64,000 bases of DNA, from assembly GCA_964234715.1 (NCBI GenBank), contig OZ174280.1. One strand, written 5' to 3'. This DNA is from Podarcis melisellensis (Eukaryota). Below the pieces are notes generated by a model. That model had not been told where the DNA came from and did not search any database. It was given only the letters and a program-made list of their open reading frames with translations. The translations under genes and the position numbers were made by a program. Below are positions 35,401 to 48,695 of this stretch, in pieces. How positions within the stretch are numbered: position 1 is the stretch's first letter; each line of letters opens with the position of its first letter.

Positions 35401-38400
35401 CTTTCCATACAGAAAGATTTTTTTTTAACCTGAGAGATTTTAAAGGTTCACTTGGTTGCTTTTGTCACCCCGGAAGGCTATACAGTGTGTATTTCCTGAA
35501 GGCCTGTTCATTTCCATTCAAATTTCTGGAGTTTTGAAAGCGTAGATGACATATTTGAGGTCTCATTTCCTCATGAACATGGTAGAATACAACACAGTGT
35601 TAAAACTTATATTTGAGTATTTATTTTCTGACTACAACACAAGCATAGGGAATCTGAAATGAAAATGACAAAGACGTGCAGCATTAATGTGTTGTAATGT
35701 ATCTTTGTCCCCTAAGAGGAATATTCCTGTTCAGAGGCTGACTAGGGCAAAAGCTTGTAATACTTTCTGAGTGTGGGAGCACACACCTTTTTCCTCTACT
35801 TGCCTAAAGCCGTCCCCACTATGCTATTTAATTCTGAAGGGCTCAGGACAATCTATGTACCATTTCTTGCTGCCTATCTTGGGGAGGACAGTTTCTGGAG
35901 AAGGAGAAGGTATACTTGGGGGGGGGGGAGTTATTGTGTAGTGTCTCAATTTTTCTTCCCTGATAATATAAGCTACTAAGGAGTGTGAGCAAACTGGTTC
36001 CCTGTCTTTCTCCCTCTGGTTCCTTTTATTTTATTTTATTTGAATTGACAAACTCAACTTCATAGGTCCTAAAAGTTCACAGGTCCTTGTCGTGCTGACC
36101 CCCACCCCCACCCCAGTTTTTCTTTTTCAATTAATTTAGAAACTACTATACTTCTGTATACCTAGGACATTCCCATGTAGAAACTACTACCTTATTTTTA
36201 GGTGAGTCAATTTTGCTTATGAACAGGGTTGCCCAAGTGGTATTTTTTGAGGTGGGGTGAGGAATAATAGCAATGTATTTATAATGGCCTTGTGGGATGG
36301 ATAAGTGGGAATAAGTTCAAGTTACAGAAAGACAGGCTTCAATTAAATATTCGGGAAGGTTAAACTAGGGTTCACTGCTCTCCTGTAACCTTAAAAAAGC
36401 AGGATAAGTATTGCATGAAAATAATTCTGGTGCCTGTTGCATGACAACTTGTGGCACCACTATTTCATTAGACAGTGCAGTTTAAATAAAGGGAATAACT
36501 GATGCTTTATCTATTGCGTGCAAGATTATTGAAACTTGAAAGAGTTTAAGGAGAATCTTAATATCTGTTCTCAGTTTACTCAAATGCAGCATTTGAGTGA
36601 ACCATTTCCTTTATAGCATAGCCCTCATGTGCTGCAACAGGGGAGGAAGAGATTAACCGGCTGTCGGGGGACAAAATTTGATTGTTAGGTGCACTAAATT
36701 GGCAGGAGGAATCTAGGGTAATGGGGTGACATTTAAAAGTACTCCATGCTGGAAACTGAGTAGGCTCCAAGTTGAGAACATACATTTTAATGTACATTTT
36801 CTTGGCTGTTGGACTAGCAGGCATGAGCTCATCTACTCTTGGTTCTCACAGCATTACTGAAACAATATTTTGTGTATGTGTGCACCCCCATGCTTGGTAT
36901 GAAGGTTCTAGTCTGTCATTTTTTTCTCCTTATCCCCTCTCCTCCCCCTGCAAAGCCATCTGCCTTGAATACAGCTTCTCCTGTGAGCTTTGGGGTTGCC
37001 CTTCAGCCTCAGCTGTCAAGATATTGATTGACGCAATTTTAATAGCATTTTAAAATACAGTTGTTGAGGCAGTGGGACTCTTCTCTTACTCCTCCTTCCT
37101 ACACCTCCACCACCACCAAAGAGGGGAAGTGTGGTTTTTCAATGACTTTAAACTGCTTCTTGTCTTTGCATGTCGTCTCTTGCGCCAAGCGGTGAAACGC
37201 ATTATCGAGTAGTGCCCAGAAAGTGGTTAACTGCGTTTGACACACGCCAACTCTCTGCCTCCACACTGGATAATTGCATTGTCAACTATTCAGTAAAGTG
37301 GCAGGTGACACTGCTGCCGGATTGATTGTCCTAGCATTGAGGCTCCTAAGACTGTCAGCTTCCCAATCGATAGCGTTTACACAAGACACCGTGACTGCAT
37401 CTGTAACTAATTTCAGTTTGAAACTTGCAAGACACTGCGCTGCCCCTGTTTTCTGGCTACATGTGTTTAGTGACTTGCTTCCTCTCTTTGGACCACAGGC
37501 TTGATACCATCCTGCTTCACCACCCCCTCCTTCCTTGGAAAGTGCATTCCTGTTTTTATTTTGGTGTAGCAGGTGAAGAAATCGATGCTGTGTGCTGTGC
37601 CCTCAAAAGCAGGCAGAATTACTGCAGATGGCTAACTAGCAGCTCCAGTTTTGTAATCAATAGCCTGATCAATTGATTAAATTAACACTGATTTTCTTCC
37701 GTCTTCCTGGCCTATATGAAAAATTAGTTTGCAGTGAGCATGCAGGTTTGGCTTATAAAATACAGGCCTCGTTATGCTATCCCATGACTCTTTTCTATCA
37801 AGTTTGAGTGCATTGTTATTTAAATCAGTGGACAGCAAGACATGCTGCTTCCACTAGTGCCTTTAAATGGGGACATTGCTCTGGGTTGCCTACCAAACTT
37901 GACTACTTCATGCTCGGCTGCTTTAGAAAAGTCGTCCCCTCAGCTTTTCCGCCTTCCTCTGTTATTGGCAGAATTGCAATGTGACTGTGATCCCTGTCAG
38001 TGGTGCTTATTGATCCAGTGATGTGAACCTGTTTAGTGATTCAAGATTACTTTAATTCCCCTCTTTCCTTTTTTGTTTTCCCTCGCTCCTTACATGAACA
38101 AAAATTCCCCTGAGCCACCTTCATGGAAATTACGCCAATGATTGCTAAGCCTCTGCTTGCAAATTTCCCTTTGTATGGCAGCCTTCCACATACAAGCACA
38201 CAAATGCATGCACGCCTCCTGCTGAACATTAGCCTGGCACAGAACTGGAGGAATTGCCATAGCGGCTTGGATATGGGATCCTCTTTCCAGCTGTATCCAC
38301 TGTGTGATGGAGGCACAAAGGGGAACTTGTGTAGTGCTCTCAGCCAAGTTCTGAGGTGCTGTTTACAGGAGGAAAAATCCTTTTGCAGGCAACCAGCTTG

Positions 38401-40169
38401 CCCCCTGAGGCACAGGCTTGATGACTTTCACCTTGGCATGCAGCAGTACCACAAAATATTAATGGCCATAAAATTATACAGCCCCCTCTTAAAGTCTCCT
38501 CCTTGGTGTGTTAGTAAAGATGACTACAAGCAGTTGGGATGCAGACTTGCAGCCTAGGCTCTGTTTTCGTACAGCGTGAAAGATGACTTTAGAGTGGCAG
38601 CTCTACTACAATGATCCATATGCATGGCCTCAAACACTGAAGACCTATGTGTGTATTTTATAAATCCCATGATCCTGATTAAGTTATTTCATAGCAGCCA
38701 GTGAAAACCAGACTTTGCATTTTTCTATGGTCAGGTTAGTTTTCCATCAACCTGGAGTCATGAACATTACTAATCCAATTCATCTTTACCTGATCGTTTA
38801 TAGTGCAACAGGGTAATAGAACAATGCAATTTAATAACTAATTCCAACAAACATTAGCCATCAAAGGTTGACTACAGCGATCCTTTCCTTTTGCCCTTTC
38901 TTTTTAAAAGAGTCAAGGCAGTTTGCTTTTCCCCAAGCCATTTTTAAAGGAAAGCTACATCCGTGCCACTATGCTCTCTTGATGCTAGTTTGGGGATGTT
39001 TCGGCAGCTGAGGAAACAAACACTGCCAAGAGCTGTTCCCAGGAAATGTGTGTGAGGCCTGGCAGCATTAAAACACTTTTATTGCTGCTTTTGGGGGGTG
39101 GGGGAGAGTTATTCCTTATCCAGGAAGGAGCAAGCAACACTTTAGGCAAAGCAGGTGAATGAGCTCAGCCAGAGGTTGGTAGATGTTGTGGGAAAAGTAA
39201 TTAACAAAACCTGCTGGGTTTTTTTTAGTCTTTAACTAGAGACTGTATTTTTTACCAAATCTCTCTATATTACCCACAAGCACTGTAAACACTCATCTGA
39301 TTTCTGGCCATTACAGCCTTGGATAGGTCTCTGCACCAAGTGAGAGGTAGAGCATAATTCAGTTTTTGGATATTTTTTTATATTGTGAAGAATCAAGTGT
39401 TGTGCCTTGTGCACCTTGAGCTCTTTAGGGACCAACACTAAAGACTCTTCCGTCGTAGGAGCAGGACAGCCAAGATACGCATGTCATAAGCAGATTAGCT
39501 CTTCTGCTCTGCACTAGAGCATTGCTAGAGGTTCTTCTGGCAGGTCATTATTTCATTTGTTACTTAGTTATATTTTGGATTTATATCCTGTCAGTTTTAC
39601 TCAAAAAGAGCCCTCTAGGTGGCTTTCAATTTAAAATCAATAACAATACACAGCAACGTATCCATAAATGACAACCAGTGACACACAGTTAAATTATAAG
39701 CAGTAGCAACTTCAGTAGGAAGTAATCATGTGTGAGCAAATTTGGAATAATAAATAGTGAGTGAAAACAAATAGTCGATCCTTAGCATTCCGGACAGTGG
39801 AACTCTAAAGCCATTGTGTGCTACTACTCACAATGCCTAAATGATAATCAGACAAGTGGGAGATTTACCCCTTAAATTCTGTAAAGAATAAAACAGATTC
39901 TGTGCTTTATTTGCTCCAGTTCTACTCTTCACTTATATAAAGATGATGTGCAGTCTCATTTCTGTACAGTATCTGTTTTTACGATTAGAAAGTTGCATAC
40001 ATAATGGTAAATAACCAGCCCAACTAAGGATACAATTGTACCCCAAGACCAGTTGTGTTTTTTTTTTAAGTTTTCTTATTGCTAAGGAATTACAATGCAA
40101 CTGCTACTTATAACCAAGCAAAGCACGGTTCACGTATGGCCTTGTTATGATGCACCATTGCCTGTACTC

Positions 40170-40418
40170 TGTGCTGGTGCCAGATATTTTGTACCCTAGG
40201 CAAAGCTAGCCTTGCACACACACATACCCCCAAAAATGGCTAACTTCAGTTTGTAGAAATCATAAAATTCTTCAAAATAGAAAATATTACTAGAAATTCA
40301 TAAGCTATAACAAAAAACAACCTGCGTAAACTGTGCCCCTAAAAGGTCAGCACTGCGCCCCTCTGAGGTCTGTGCCCTAGGTGGCTACCTAGTTGGCCTA
40401 ATGATCGCACTGGCCTCC
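40170..40418. mobile_element. Probable decayed non-autonomous DNA transposon
   Basis: Imperfect terminal inverted repeats (gctggtgc...gcactggc) and an internal repeated ccctagg motif; family not assigned. Confidence 0.4.
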
Positions 40419-42554
40419 CTTTACAACCCTTTGAATTGAACTTGGAAAGTTACCTGGAATCAGCAAGGCTCTTTCAGTACAGACAATATATGATCTCTAC
40501 AGCTGGCCCCTGTTGGCTGTTTAGCCTCAGTATTCTAAATTAGTTTCAGTAATCCAACCCAGAATTTACCAGGAATTGGCTAACTATGATTAGACTTTCA
40601 GGGGCAGGGGTGGGGTGTGGGGTGGGCAGTTATCAGCTTGAACGGATAGGTCTTTTGTGCTGCTGAGGTTACTTGAGCCTCAAATGATGAATCTGAAAAC
40701 ACTCATAGTCTGTGTACCTGATCCTCTAGAGAGAGTGCAATCCCTTCCAGAGCTTGTTGAATACCACCTCTCTGCACCTCCGTCTTGTCTGGATTGAATT
40801 TCAATTTATTGACCCATATCCAGTCCATTACTTCTCCCAAATACCAAATCAGTACTTTTCTGACTCAGTAGGGGGAAAAGTAGAGCTATTATTGTATAAC
40901 AGCAATATGGAATGTTCCATTAGTCCTTATTGTTACTTCCAGCTTCCGGAAGTGCAGTTCTATTGCAGCCCCAATTTTATTCGCAACACAAATATAATGG
41001 TGTTAGTTAGGGCTTTGCAGCAAGAGGAAAAATATTTACATCTTTTAAAAAATATGTGGGTTTTAGTTATGGAGTGATGGAATACAAATTCTTTCATGAA
41101 AAATAAAATTATTGAAATGGAATGCAGGGAAGATGTAGTTACGCACTTTACCAGTGAACATTCATGTGAGCGCTTACTCTGTATGACGTATAAAATATAT
41201 ATTTGTTTTTAAAGGGCATGGGATTTTATCTTACTAGCATAGTCATGGGTGCTGTTAAACATACAGATGTCTAGCAAAACGGTGCTTCTAGGTTGCACTT
41301 CGAGTGGGGAGGCATTAGATTTTTTGGAAGTAAAAGGCCATGTATCTTCCCATCCCAAACGTTCTAGTTTGATCATGATTGAAAAAACAGACCCACACAT
41401 TGCATGCAAAAAGAGGATGGGGGAAGCGAAAATATGTCACAAGAGTGGAAAAGGAAAAAGATGTTGTGTTTATAGTCACCCAAGAGAATAATGCTGAAGT
41501 CACCTTCATTAATAAGATAATTAATTCATTTTAATCTAGGTATGCTTGTCATATCATCATATTCCGTGGCAGTGAATGCCACAGACTATTGATGCACTTC
41601 TGTTTTGCTTGTAAATGAATTTCATCACACCCTCTAATCTAGAAGTATACCAAGTAGTAGGTCAGTGTTCTCTATTATTTCCCCCTCCTAAACTGTTCAT
41701 AATTTCAGTAACACGTATGTCATGCTATATATCTTATCCACTCATACAGAAGAACCGTGGAAACAGATTATAGAAAAATGGTTCTTTAGAAAGGCATAAA
41801 TAATCATTTTTTAACTCAGAAATTGGAGAGGGGGAGAGCTGTCTAATGTGTGCAGTTTAGATCTAGCCTGCTACACATGTGAAATGGGCCTCTTTACTCA
41901 TAGCAAAGGTCCTGTGCTCATATCTCTGTGGGGCTGTTTCTTGCTCGGAACTCCTAGAATGTTCAGCATTAACTCAATTTTGGTGCTGGGTCCAGCTGCT
42001 CCAAGGCCAGGCAGAGCAGAGCTGTGTACACAGTGCTCGAGGGCTACTGTGCTCTCAAGGTAAGTGATCTTGATAGGTACATTCTGACTGATGAGAGAGT
42101 TTGTCTCCCGAACTGTCACAGGGTTTATAGAGGTGCCACTCAACAGTGGTGCTGGAATTGCTTGTCAGAGCAGCCGCCTACAAGAGCAATGGGGATCGGA
42201 GACAGAACAGTAACTTTGTTTTTTCTTGGCTTAATGGCTCCCGAGTCTGACCTGCATGCTCACTCTTGTTTGTCTGGACCTTTAGAAAGGCATCTTGGAT
42301 TAAGACTGTCAGAAAATGGTGTTGCTTTAGCTTCAGTAGGGTTAGTTATATCACCAAAAGTAAATGGTATTCAGCCAAAAGCTAGCAGATTGGAAGAATG
42401 AGTTGGCAAAATTATTTTCTCTAAGGAATGCCAAATTGGGAATTAAGAAGCCTTACGACACAATTTTAATAATTTTAAACTTCAGTGATTAGGCAATACA
42501 CTTGCCTCATCCGAAAGCAAAAATATGCTTTATCCCTTTAAAACGTCTCCTCCT

Positions 42555-42590
42555 CTTCTTCTTCTTCTTCTTCTTCTTCTTCTTCTTCTT
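42555..42590 (+). repeat. (CTT)12 microsatellite
   Basis: Direct reading. Confidence 0.95.
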
Positions 42591-45500
42591 CAAGTCTATT
42601 TAAGCTGCTGCATAAATACTAGTTAATAACACGATAGCATGCTTTGTTCTTTTAACCACCCCAGATGAGAAGACATCAAAATGGGCCTAAATACACAGCA
42701 TTTTATTCTGATTAGTCATATTTGGAAGAATGTGGTGATGCCCAATGGCTTTAAACAGAGATTTAGCAAATTCTTGGAGGATGGCCCTATCAGCTGCTAC
42801 TGGACATGATTACTAAATGGAACCTCCATCTTCAAAGGTGGTCTCCTGGGTACCCATTGCTGGGGCTAGCCGCACAGGAGGTTGCATGACTTGAAAGTAC
42901 TGAATGATAAGAAAGGGGGAACTTAATCTGGAACAAAGTCAATCATGACCTTTACTGCCCTCTGGGGGCTGGGTTTGGCCAAGATTCTGCCTTGGAATCT
43001 GATTTGTATCCCATTCAACAGCCCTGGAATTTGTGAAATGTAAGAGAACGTATATTTTTGAAAACAAAACAGTTCTCTTTCCCAAGCAGAGCCCAACCAT
43101 CCTCTCTGAACCAGTGCAAAATGCACCTCCTCTTTCCGCACCTGAAGTCCTAACTTGAAAATTCATTGCTTTCTGGCTGCTACAAGGGAAATGTTGCCAG
43201 TGGTGTTCAGGATGAGATTGCTTATGGCTGACCAGAGAACTGAGGAAGCAGTGAGCTAGCCTAGACGAGTTTGGCTTGGGGATTTCATTGATGCATGCAT
43301 GCACAATCCCACATCCTGCAGCTTTCTCCTCTACATAAATGGTTACTTTCTAAGTGAGAAGGTGGTAGGACTGAAATAAGCTTTGAAGTGTCTGAGAGCA
43401 AAGGTTTTCTGTTTTATTTTACAGTTAGAATTTGAAGCAAGGAGTAGGACTGCCCTTCTGTTGATAACATTAAGAACTGACAGGGAGGCAGCAGGAGAGG
43501 CTTATGCAGTATGAGTCCATTACCAGAAAGGCCCCGATTGTCTACCAATTAATAGATCTTAATGGCTGATTTACGAGCAGGACCCAGGCAGATTCATATG
43601 GGTACAGACTTTTCCTCAAATAGCCTACAAATTAAGAAAGGGATATGCATTCATAAACATGGAGGACAAATTGGTTTGAACCCTAAAAGCTAGTATAATT
43701 ATGTCAGGTAAGAGGTCTGGTCTCCCTGAAATGCATTGCCCCAAGCAAGCAACCACCTGGGTATATTAGAACCATTAGCCTTATGGGCAGGGAAGTCATG
43801 GAATTGCCTTCAAGCATTTTTGTTGGAATTCTTCTCTGTCTTGGACTTCCTGTCCTTTTCCCCACTCAGGGTGGAATTGCGCTTGTGCCAAAGACTAGTA
43901 GTGTGGTTGGTTTTTTTAGATCTTTACACTTCATTTGCACGTGTGCATGCACATATGTGCACACATAGCAGCTATGATCCTATTGGGTTGTCCTGCTTTT
44001 ATAAACCCCATTTAATTCATTTATAAAGGTTCTTGTCCAGAAATCTGGTTTGAATGAGCCTGGGATGAATAATTAATGTAAATCGGTTTAGACCTCCAAT
44101 ATTTAAACAGCTGCTGGCATGTTTTCACTGGCTCTGTACAGTGAAAAAATGTGAGTGAGTTGGGACACAAAAGTGTAACAAAAGCCTTGACCCTGTTGGA
44201 ATCGTCCCTATATCCATCCTTATGCTGGGCACAGGGTCCCTTTTTATAGGTAGTGTCAGCCATGTAGGAGTCACTCTTGAGATTCTGGAGATACTATAAT
44301 GTTACCCAGCGGCAACTCAAGAATTAAAAAATAAATAAATCTCCCTCAGTTACTGCATCATAGAGCAGAGACCCATGACTTTCTGAAGCTGGCAGGTAGA
44401 TTGCTTATGCATCAAGTCTTCCTGTAGATGCATGAACTTGTTTTGTTCCACACAATGAGAACTCCAGACCACTTCTGCCACCCATAATACTTCTGTTGTG
44501 CTCTCCTGATGAAGCATAAGAAGCTTTACAGACTTAATTTTCCTTCTCTGGCAAAGTCAGTTAACTGGAGGACAGAAAGGTAGGATGTTAAGTGTTGACT
44601 ACAGTAAGTAAATTTCATGTGCATACATGCACAGCATTCCAAAATATGAAAGAAAAAAGATAGGCAAGTAGAACTTTTATGCATAATGAGTAATGCAACA
44701 TTTTCTTAATTTACATTTTCTGGTTGCAGAATTTATTATTGTATTTAACAAAATGTATATACCACTTTCTAGGCTTCTTGTAAAGGGCTTAGAAGTTTTG
44801 CTGCAATCAAGTGGTATGTATGTTTTGTTAAATAAAGTAGTGACAGTTCTGCAGTATCACCAAATCTTGCAAGTGATTCTGTAAGTCAGTATGAGATTTT
44901 TCTTTCCTTCCTTTTCTCTTCTCTCCCCGCCCCCACCCTTTGGCTATGGCCATTTCTGGCCAGCCACCCATTTCAATTTTTAAGCCTCTTAAATACAGTA
45001 CTATGGGCTATAGTCAACTAACTTGTTGGGCAGGTTGGCATAGCTTGGGGAAAACAGCCTGGCAGACCAAGATTGGGCCAGGATTTGACAATATTTACTG
45101 GGTTCTAACAAGAATTTCAGAAAATAAAGTTTCAACAGAGAGAAATCTGATCAGAATTCTACTTACGACTCTTCCTCCTATCAGCAACCCATGTTAGCCT
45201 TGCCCACTTACTGTCTCATTAGGACTTAATTTCAGGCCTGGTTGAAATGAAACTATGATCATACTTTAGGTTCCTTCAAGGTGCAGCCCTAGTATTCCAT
45301 ATAACAGTTTGGACTCCGGTGGCATCATAGGCTTCTCTCTTCTACTTTGCAGTCTTTGAACTGAGCTTCCTGAGCACATATAGAGAAATGCAACTGTGAA
45401 AAGGAGATTCTTGTCTCTGACTTTGTATGGTAAACTTTTGTTGCTTGTACTGTGTTCTGGTAGCTTAATTTGACATATAGGACAAGAAATTGGATTTCCT

Positions 45501-47828
45501 AAAAGCTGCTTCTTTCTCCCCATTTTTGTATCAATTCTGTTACTGAAGTGAACAGAGATAAAATTCATTTCTATTCAAGATTTCCTCCAGCCTCAAATCT
45601 TGTTCTACATCTTTAATATAGATGGCATTCAGATCACAGCCCAGGTCAAGCCATAACTTCTGCTTTGTATTTGAGAGATGGTGGGAAAGAAAGAAGCTTG
45701 TGTGTTTAGAGGCTGGGCTTTTTAGAAATTACAAACTAAATTATACCTGATACTGGCATACTGCAGGCCAGTATCTGTGTGACCTCATTGTCTCTACCAG
45801 TGTGAAATAGCACTCATGCTCTTTGGGCAACTATGGAAAAGTACTACAGTCTTTAGCAACTCTGTCCTGTTTTAAATCTAAATAAACTGAAAAGTTGGTA
45901 CTTGCTAGACAAACCGAGGAGGCTTCAAAATCCTGGGCAATTTTGGGTACTTCCAGATGTGGGCGTTACAACATAAATAAGTTACAAAAATCCAGTTTTT
46001 CTATGTGTGGGTTTTAGCAAATAAGTTTCCACAAATTCCATTTTTTCAGTCATGAATATTCATTGCTATTCCGTTTTCTACACCAGTGGGTAGAACTTGA
46101 TGGAAAGTATCTGGGCTGTTTTTCTGTCCCTTATGTCAGTCATTCCCCATCCTTTCCCCCCTCCACTACTGTTCTGGGGATTTTTGCAGGTATTTCAGTT
46201 CCTGTGCATGCACATCTTTAAAGAAAAGCAAAAACCCAGGAAGTCTGCAGAAGCAAACATTAGCAACCTTAGTTCTCATTTTTCACAGTGGACAAAATGG
46301 AGGTGTGCAAAGACTAGCCAGGATTTCTCTAGAAACTGTATTGCCAAATTGTGTGTTGTCTTGAAAACATGGCATCCAACTACCATTGCAAAATGGCAGA
46401 AAATATCTGAGCTAACTTCTTTTGAAAGTAGTATTCTAGCAAAAGTGAGAGAGGTTGCTGATTTTTTTCCTTTCCAAACATGTCCCCTTCCTGGAAAGCT
46501 GCTCTGGAAGCTCAGGGGACCATCTGAAACAACATGGGAGATGGCACTGAAAGGTGAAGGGAAAATCTGCAAAATATGCCGCCACCCTCTTCCTCCTAGA
46601 GGAGGAATGGAGCCCTTCCATTTTCAGAGGCTGAAATAGAAACTTACTCATAGAAAAATAAGTTCCACACTACAGCCCAAAGTGGGTAAACAAAACAATT
46701 TTGCTTTTAAATCCTTCATTTGAGCTGTATAACACTGAATTATCTGAGTGCAGAATCTGGGATTCTAGCACAGAATTTTCGACTGCCCATAAGAGAGTTG
46801 TACGGGCAAGTACAATATTAGACTTAGGGGCTGGTGCAAATGAAAGGAATGAAAGGTTGATGGAGGGAGTTTGCATTTGTGCATAAAGTCTAGATGCCAG
46901 ATTTATGACTAGGATTGGATGCCTCTGGTAATTTGAGACGAGGATATTCCTTATAACATCACTCGATTTTTGCTTCTGTCCATTCAATACTAAATATACT
47001 CCTTTCTTTGAAACACCTCCAATAAACAACACCTTTGTCCCCTTGGCTCTCTGCTCATTAAAATCTTTGTAATGTGATCTAACCCAGTGCATGGGCACGG
47101 GGTGGGGTGGGGGTGGGATGGCAAGCAATTCAGTTTTATGAAATTGTAAAGATCATGAAGGAAGTGATGATAGTGTTTGGAACCAGTTTCCTTCCTGCAC
47201 ACAAAAGTATTCTGCTTTACATATCAGTTTATGTGTGGTCCATCAAGCCTGCATTGAACCCTTATTTCTCACTTCCCCATTTTTGCATTTGGAGTCTATA
47301 GAATTCTTCTGTGGTATACAAGCCTGGAGTGTGTTTTTCATCTCCCATATTAATTGGATGTTTCTACGCATTTACCACCTCCTGTTTGCAACAAACCTAA
47401 TAAATCACAGACTTGCTAGTTTTTGGCTTGAGTACACTTTTTCTGTTGCTGAGCAGTTCTGGTTCCCAGTCCAGTTTATCTCTGACAGACTGTGTCATGA
47501 CTCACAATTCTCTTTGCTCCCCCAGCGCGCTCTGTCTCTCTATATAGAGAAAGAGATTTATAGATCAAGATATATCGTGACCTCTCTTCATACTTATGAA
47601 ATTTTACAATGTTACCATTGTATTACATACAGTTGAGACAGGGAGATAGCCTGGATCAAACCATAGCTAAAATGAGCCTGGAGGAAAGTGACTGCTGGAA
47701 ACCTATGCAGCTAAAAGACTGCTTTCTCTCTCCCATGACATCTTTCCCCTCCCCTAGACTTGCCCAGGCCACATTTTGTTCCTCTGTGCCCTGTGGTGAC
47801 ACATTGCACATCTTTTCTTTTCCTTCAG

Positions 47829-47925
47829 GGTCCGGGTTTGTCATGTGCAGCGGCAAGGAGAATCCAGACAGTGATGCTGACCTTGATGTGGATGGAGATG
47901 ACACACTGGAATATGGAAAGCCACA
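47829..47925 (+). CDS. RNF220: RNF220 coding exon E (97 nt): GSGFVMCSGKENPDSDADLDVDGDDTLEYGKP(Q)
   Basis: Acceptor ttttccttcag; donor CA|gtatcatttt (U12-like); phase 1 to 2. Confidence 0.95.
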
Positions 47926-48322
47926 GTATCATTTTCTAGAGGTGCTGAACTCCCACCAAGAGACTGTGGCTCTGCTGTGCCACTAAAACTCTTGCTGCTC
48001 TTGCCTAATTCATACGTTTTCATTCAGTTAGGAGAGGATTCCACAAGTTCCCTGTTCACTGAAATTGCTCTGTTAGCAACTTTATTTACTAGTCATGACC
48101 TGGGTAGTAATTTCACCAGTTCCAGCATCTGATTCGTCGCTGAGGAGCGATGATTTCCTCCTCTGCTGTTTTAAGATGAGCATGTTCTTATTATCAAACA
48201 GCTGTTATTGTGTTCACACGTTCCTTGTGATGAAAGGAACCTTGTGGTCTTTGAAATGCATTCTTTAGTACTTCAGAATTTCTGGTGCCATTCTAATTGG
48301 TGCACTATATTGAATTTGTATG

Positions 48323-48363
<41 letters not shown>

Positions 48364-48608
48364 AACTAGCCTAGTGTGGAAAGGTACATTCACATTCATT
48401 GATCTGCCCATTTTGCATCTGCCCCTGCTCACCACTGCTGTGTGGGCCCCAGAAAAAGTTACCCAGAAGGAAATGTGGCCCTTGGACTACAAACAGTTCC
48501 TACCCATCCCACAAAGGAATTCTTGGCTGCTCTGCCTTGATGGCTTGGGATAAGCAGTGAAAGCTTCTTATTCATCAGGCTGTGCTCTCCTTAACCCTCC
48601 ATGCTTAG
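47926..48608 (+). other. U12-type (minor spliceosome) GT-AG intron
   Basis: The 5' end GTATCATTTT resembles the U12 consensus RTATCCTTT. A perfect U12 branch site TCCTTAAC lies at 48588-48595, 13 nt before the exon, and there is no long polypyrimidine tract. Confidence 0.85.
48327..48360 (+). repeat. (GT)17 microsatellite inside the U12 intron
   Basis: Direct reading. Confidence 0.97.
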
Positions 48609-48695
48609 ATACACAGAGGCAGATATCATTCCATGCACTGGGGAAGAACCAGGTGAAGCCAAGGAGAGAGAGGCGCTTCGAGGTGCAGTCTTAAA
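48609..48695 (+). CDS. RNF220: RNF220 coding exon F (87 nt): (Q)YTEADIIPCTGEEPGEAKEREALRGAVL(N)
   Basis: Preceded by TCCTTAAC and atgcttag; donor AA|gtaagt; phase 2 to 2. Confidence 0.95.

Noticed and set aside
46097-47128. 180-aa (+) and 152-aa (-) ORFs
   Set aside because: No recognisable domain, no clear splice or start context, and composition typical of intronic or decayed repeat DNA.
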